In this document: piece after piece, positions 49,926 to 51,189 of the stretch
Position numbering within the stretch: the stretch's first letter is position 1
How the letters are laid out: every line of letters starts with the position of its first letter
Assembly: GCA_013265495.1 (NCBI GenBank)
Contig: MU058718.1
Span: 4,667,438-4,718,626 of the forward strand
Reading direction: 5' to 3'
Source of the DNA: Vicugna vicugna
Lineage: Eukaryota
Length of the DNA: 51,189 nt
Program-made: the position numbers and the translations under genes
Notes under the pieces: model-generated
The model's input: only the letters and a program-made list of their open reading frames with translations
The model's database searches: none
What the model was told of the DNA's origin: nothing

Positions 49926-50961
49926 AAAAGATGTGAGATACATACATATATATAAATGAAGCTCACAATGGCGTATTACTCAGCCATAAAAAGAATGAAA
50001 TATTGTCATTTGCAGCAGCATGGACAGACCTAGAGAATAGCATACTAAGTGAAGTAAGTCAGACAAGGACATATTATATGATAACACTTATATGTGGAAT
50101 CTAAGAAATAATACAAACGAATCTACATACAAAACAGGAACAGACTCACAGACATAGAAAACAAACTTATGGTTACCAAAGGGGAAAGTGGAGGAGGGAT
50201 AATTTAGGAGTATGGGATTAACAGATACAAACTACTACACATAAAATAGAAAAAAACAAGACTTTACTGTATAGTACAGGGAACTCTATTCAGTGTCTTG
50301 CAATAATCTAGAATGGAAAATAATCTGAAGAAATATATATATTCAGATATATATATATATATATCTGAATCACTTTGCTGTATATCTGAAACTAACACAA
50401 TATTATAAATCAACTGTATTTCAGAAAAACATGAAAGCCAACTAGCTTTCTTGTAGGACAGCTCTGGTTTTTCCTTCTGTCTCTTCTCTCCCTCACCCAC
50501 CAGCTCAAAGGTTTGAAAGAAATGCCTTTTTCTTAGGGGTTTATCTGCAGTGTTCTTGTTTAGTCCTCATCCTCTTCATTGCTGGGGAGGACCTTCTTTT
50601 TCTCTCCAGTTTAGCTGAGGAAATTAATTTTCTTGCTACTGTTTTCTTACAAGTAAATCGTAGGTAATTATTTAACCATTTCATGTCGAGAACATTTAAC
50701 TGTTAAGAACATTTAACCATCCCGTGTTAAGAAACCCCACGAAGTGAACATTGGCAGCTCCACACAGCGTGAGCTGTAGATCCCTCTACCCCTGCACTTT
50801 GTAAATCCCACATGGACAGGTAGCTGTCTGTGATGTCGCAAAAGAACAGCATTTGCCCTGAGGCGATTCCGCTTTTCAACTTCTACCGACTATTTAAACT
50901 CGGGACTATTTCTGAAGCAGAGGTAGAGTCCTCACAAACAGTCCTTTAAAAAGCCTCCTGA

Positions 50962-51076
50962 GGGTGGGGGGTAGAGCTCAGTGGTAGAGTGCGTGCTTGG
51001 CGTGCACGAGGTCCTGGGTTCAATCCCCAGTGCCTCTGTTAAGGGGAACAAAAAACTTTTTTTAAATAGTGAAAAA
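50962..51076 (+). mobile_element. Vic-1-like SINE
   Basis: agctcagtggtagagtgcgtgcttggcgtgcacgaggtcctgggttcaatcccc. Flanks aaaaagcctcctgag / aagaagcctcaggag. Confidence 0.92.
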
Positions 51077-51189
51077 AAGAAGCCTCAGGAGCCTAAAGGT
51101 CTGTGGCTCCAGAGCCTGCTAGCTGAATTAGGTTTTAAATTGGTATTTGAAGTGAAGAGCTATGTGCACTTGTCACAAGGCAGGACATA

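Larger units (their letters stand above)
48735..50430. mobile_element. L1 with 5' inversion (antisense 48735-49660, sense 49734-50430)
   Basis: Both segments map to adjacent positions of the L1 at 5708-7308, with the breakpoint equivalent to about 6248-6253. A microsatellite sits at the junction. Confidence 0.85.

Noticed and set aside
50689..50735. Short repeats agaacatttaac and tgttaagaa
   Set aside because: Only two copies of each, consistent with local slippage and not an array.
1..51189. CRISPR array, operon or novel multi-gene system
   Set aside because: There is no repeat-spacer periodicity and no gene-dense coding. All long ORFs trace to L1 or look like chance.

Overview
Mammalian genomic DNA, most likely camelid, because it carries many copies of a tRNA-derived SINE resembling Vic-1 (GGGGAGGGTATAGCTCA...GCTTAGCATGCACGAGGTCCTGGGTTCAATCCCC). 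I found no convincing host protein-coding exon, so the window looks intronic or intergenic and is dominated by transposon remnants. These include a young 5'-truncated L1 with an open ORF2 C-terminus and a perfect 16-bp target-site duplication (TSD), and an older L1 with a twin-priming 5' inversion. There is also a decayed two-LTR ERV-L provirus with gag, protease, RT and integrase remnants, carrying nested L1s, a SINE and a near-perfect 353-bp tandem duplication. A two-LTR MLT1 MaLR contains a nested ERV1-type solo LTR, and MLT, L2 and MIR relics are scattered throughout. Unique-looking stretches hold candidate regulatory motifs and a few possible small exons. I found no evidence for a new biological system. 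Family names and most boundaries come from recognition by eye, not database alignment, so treat them as approximate.
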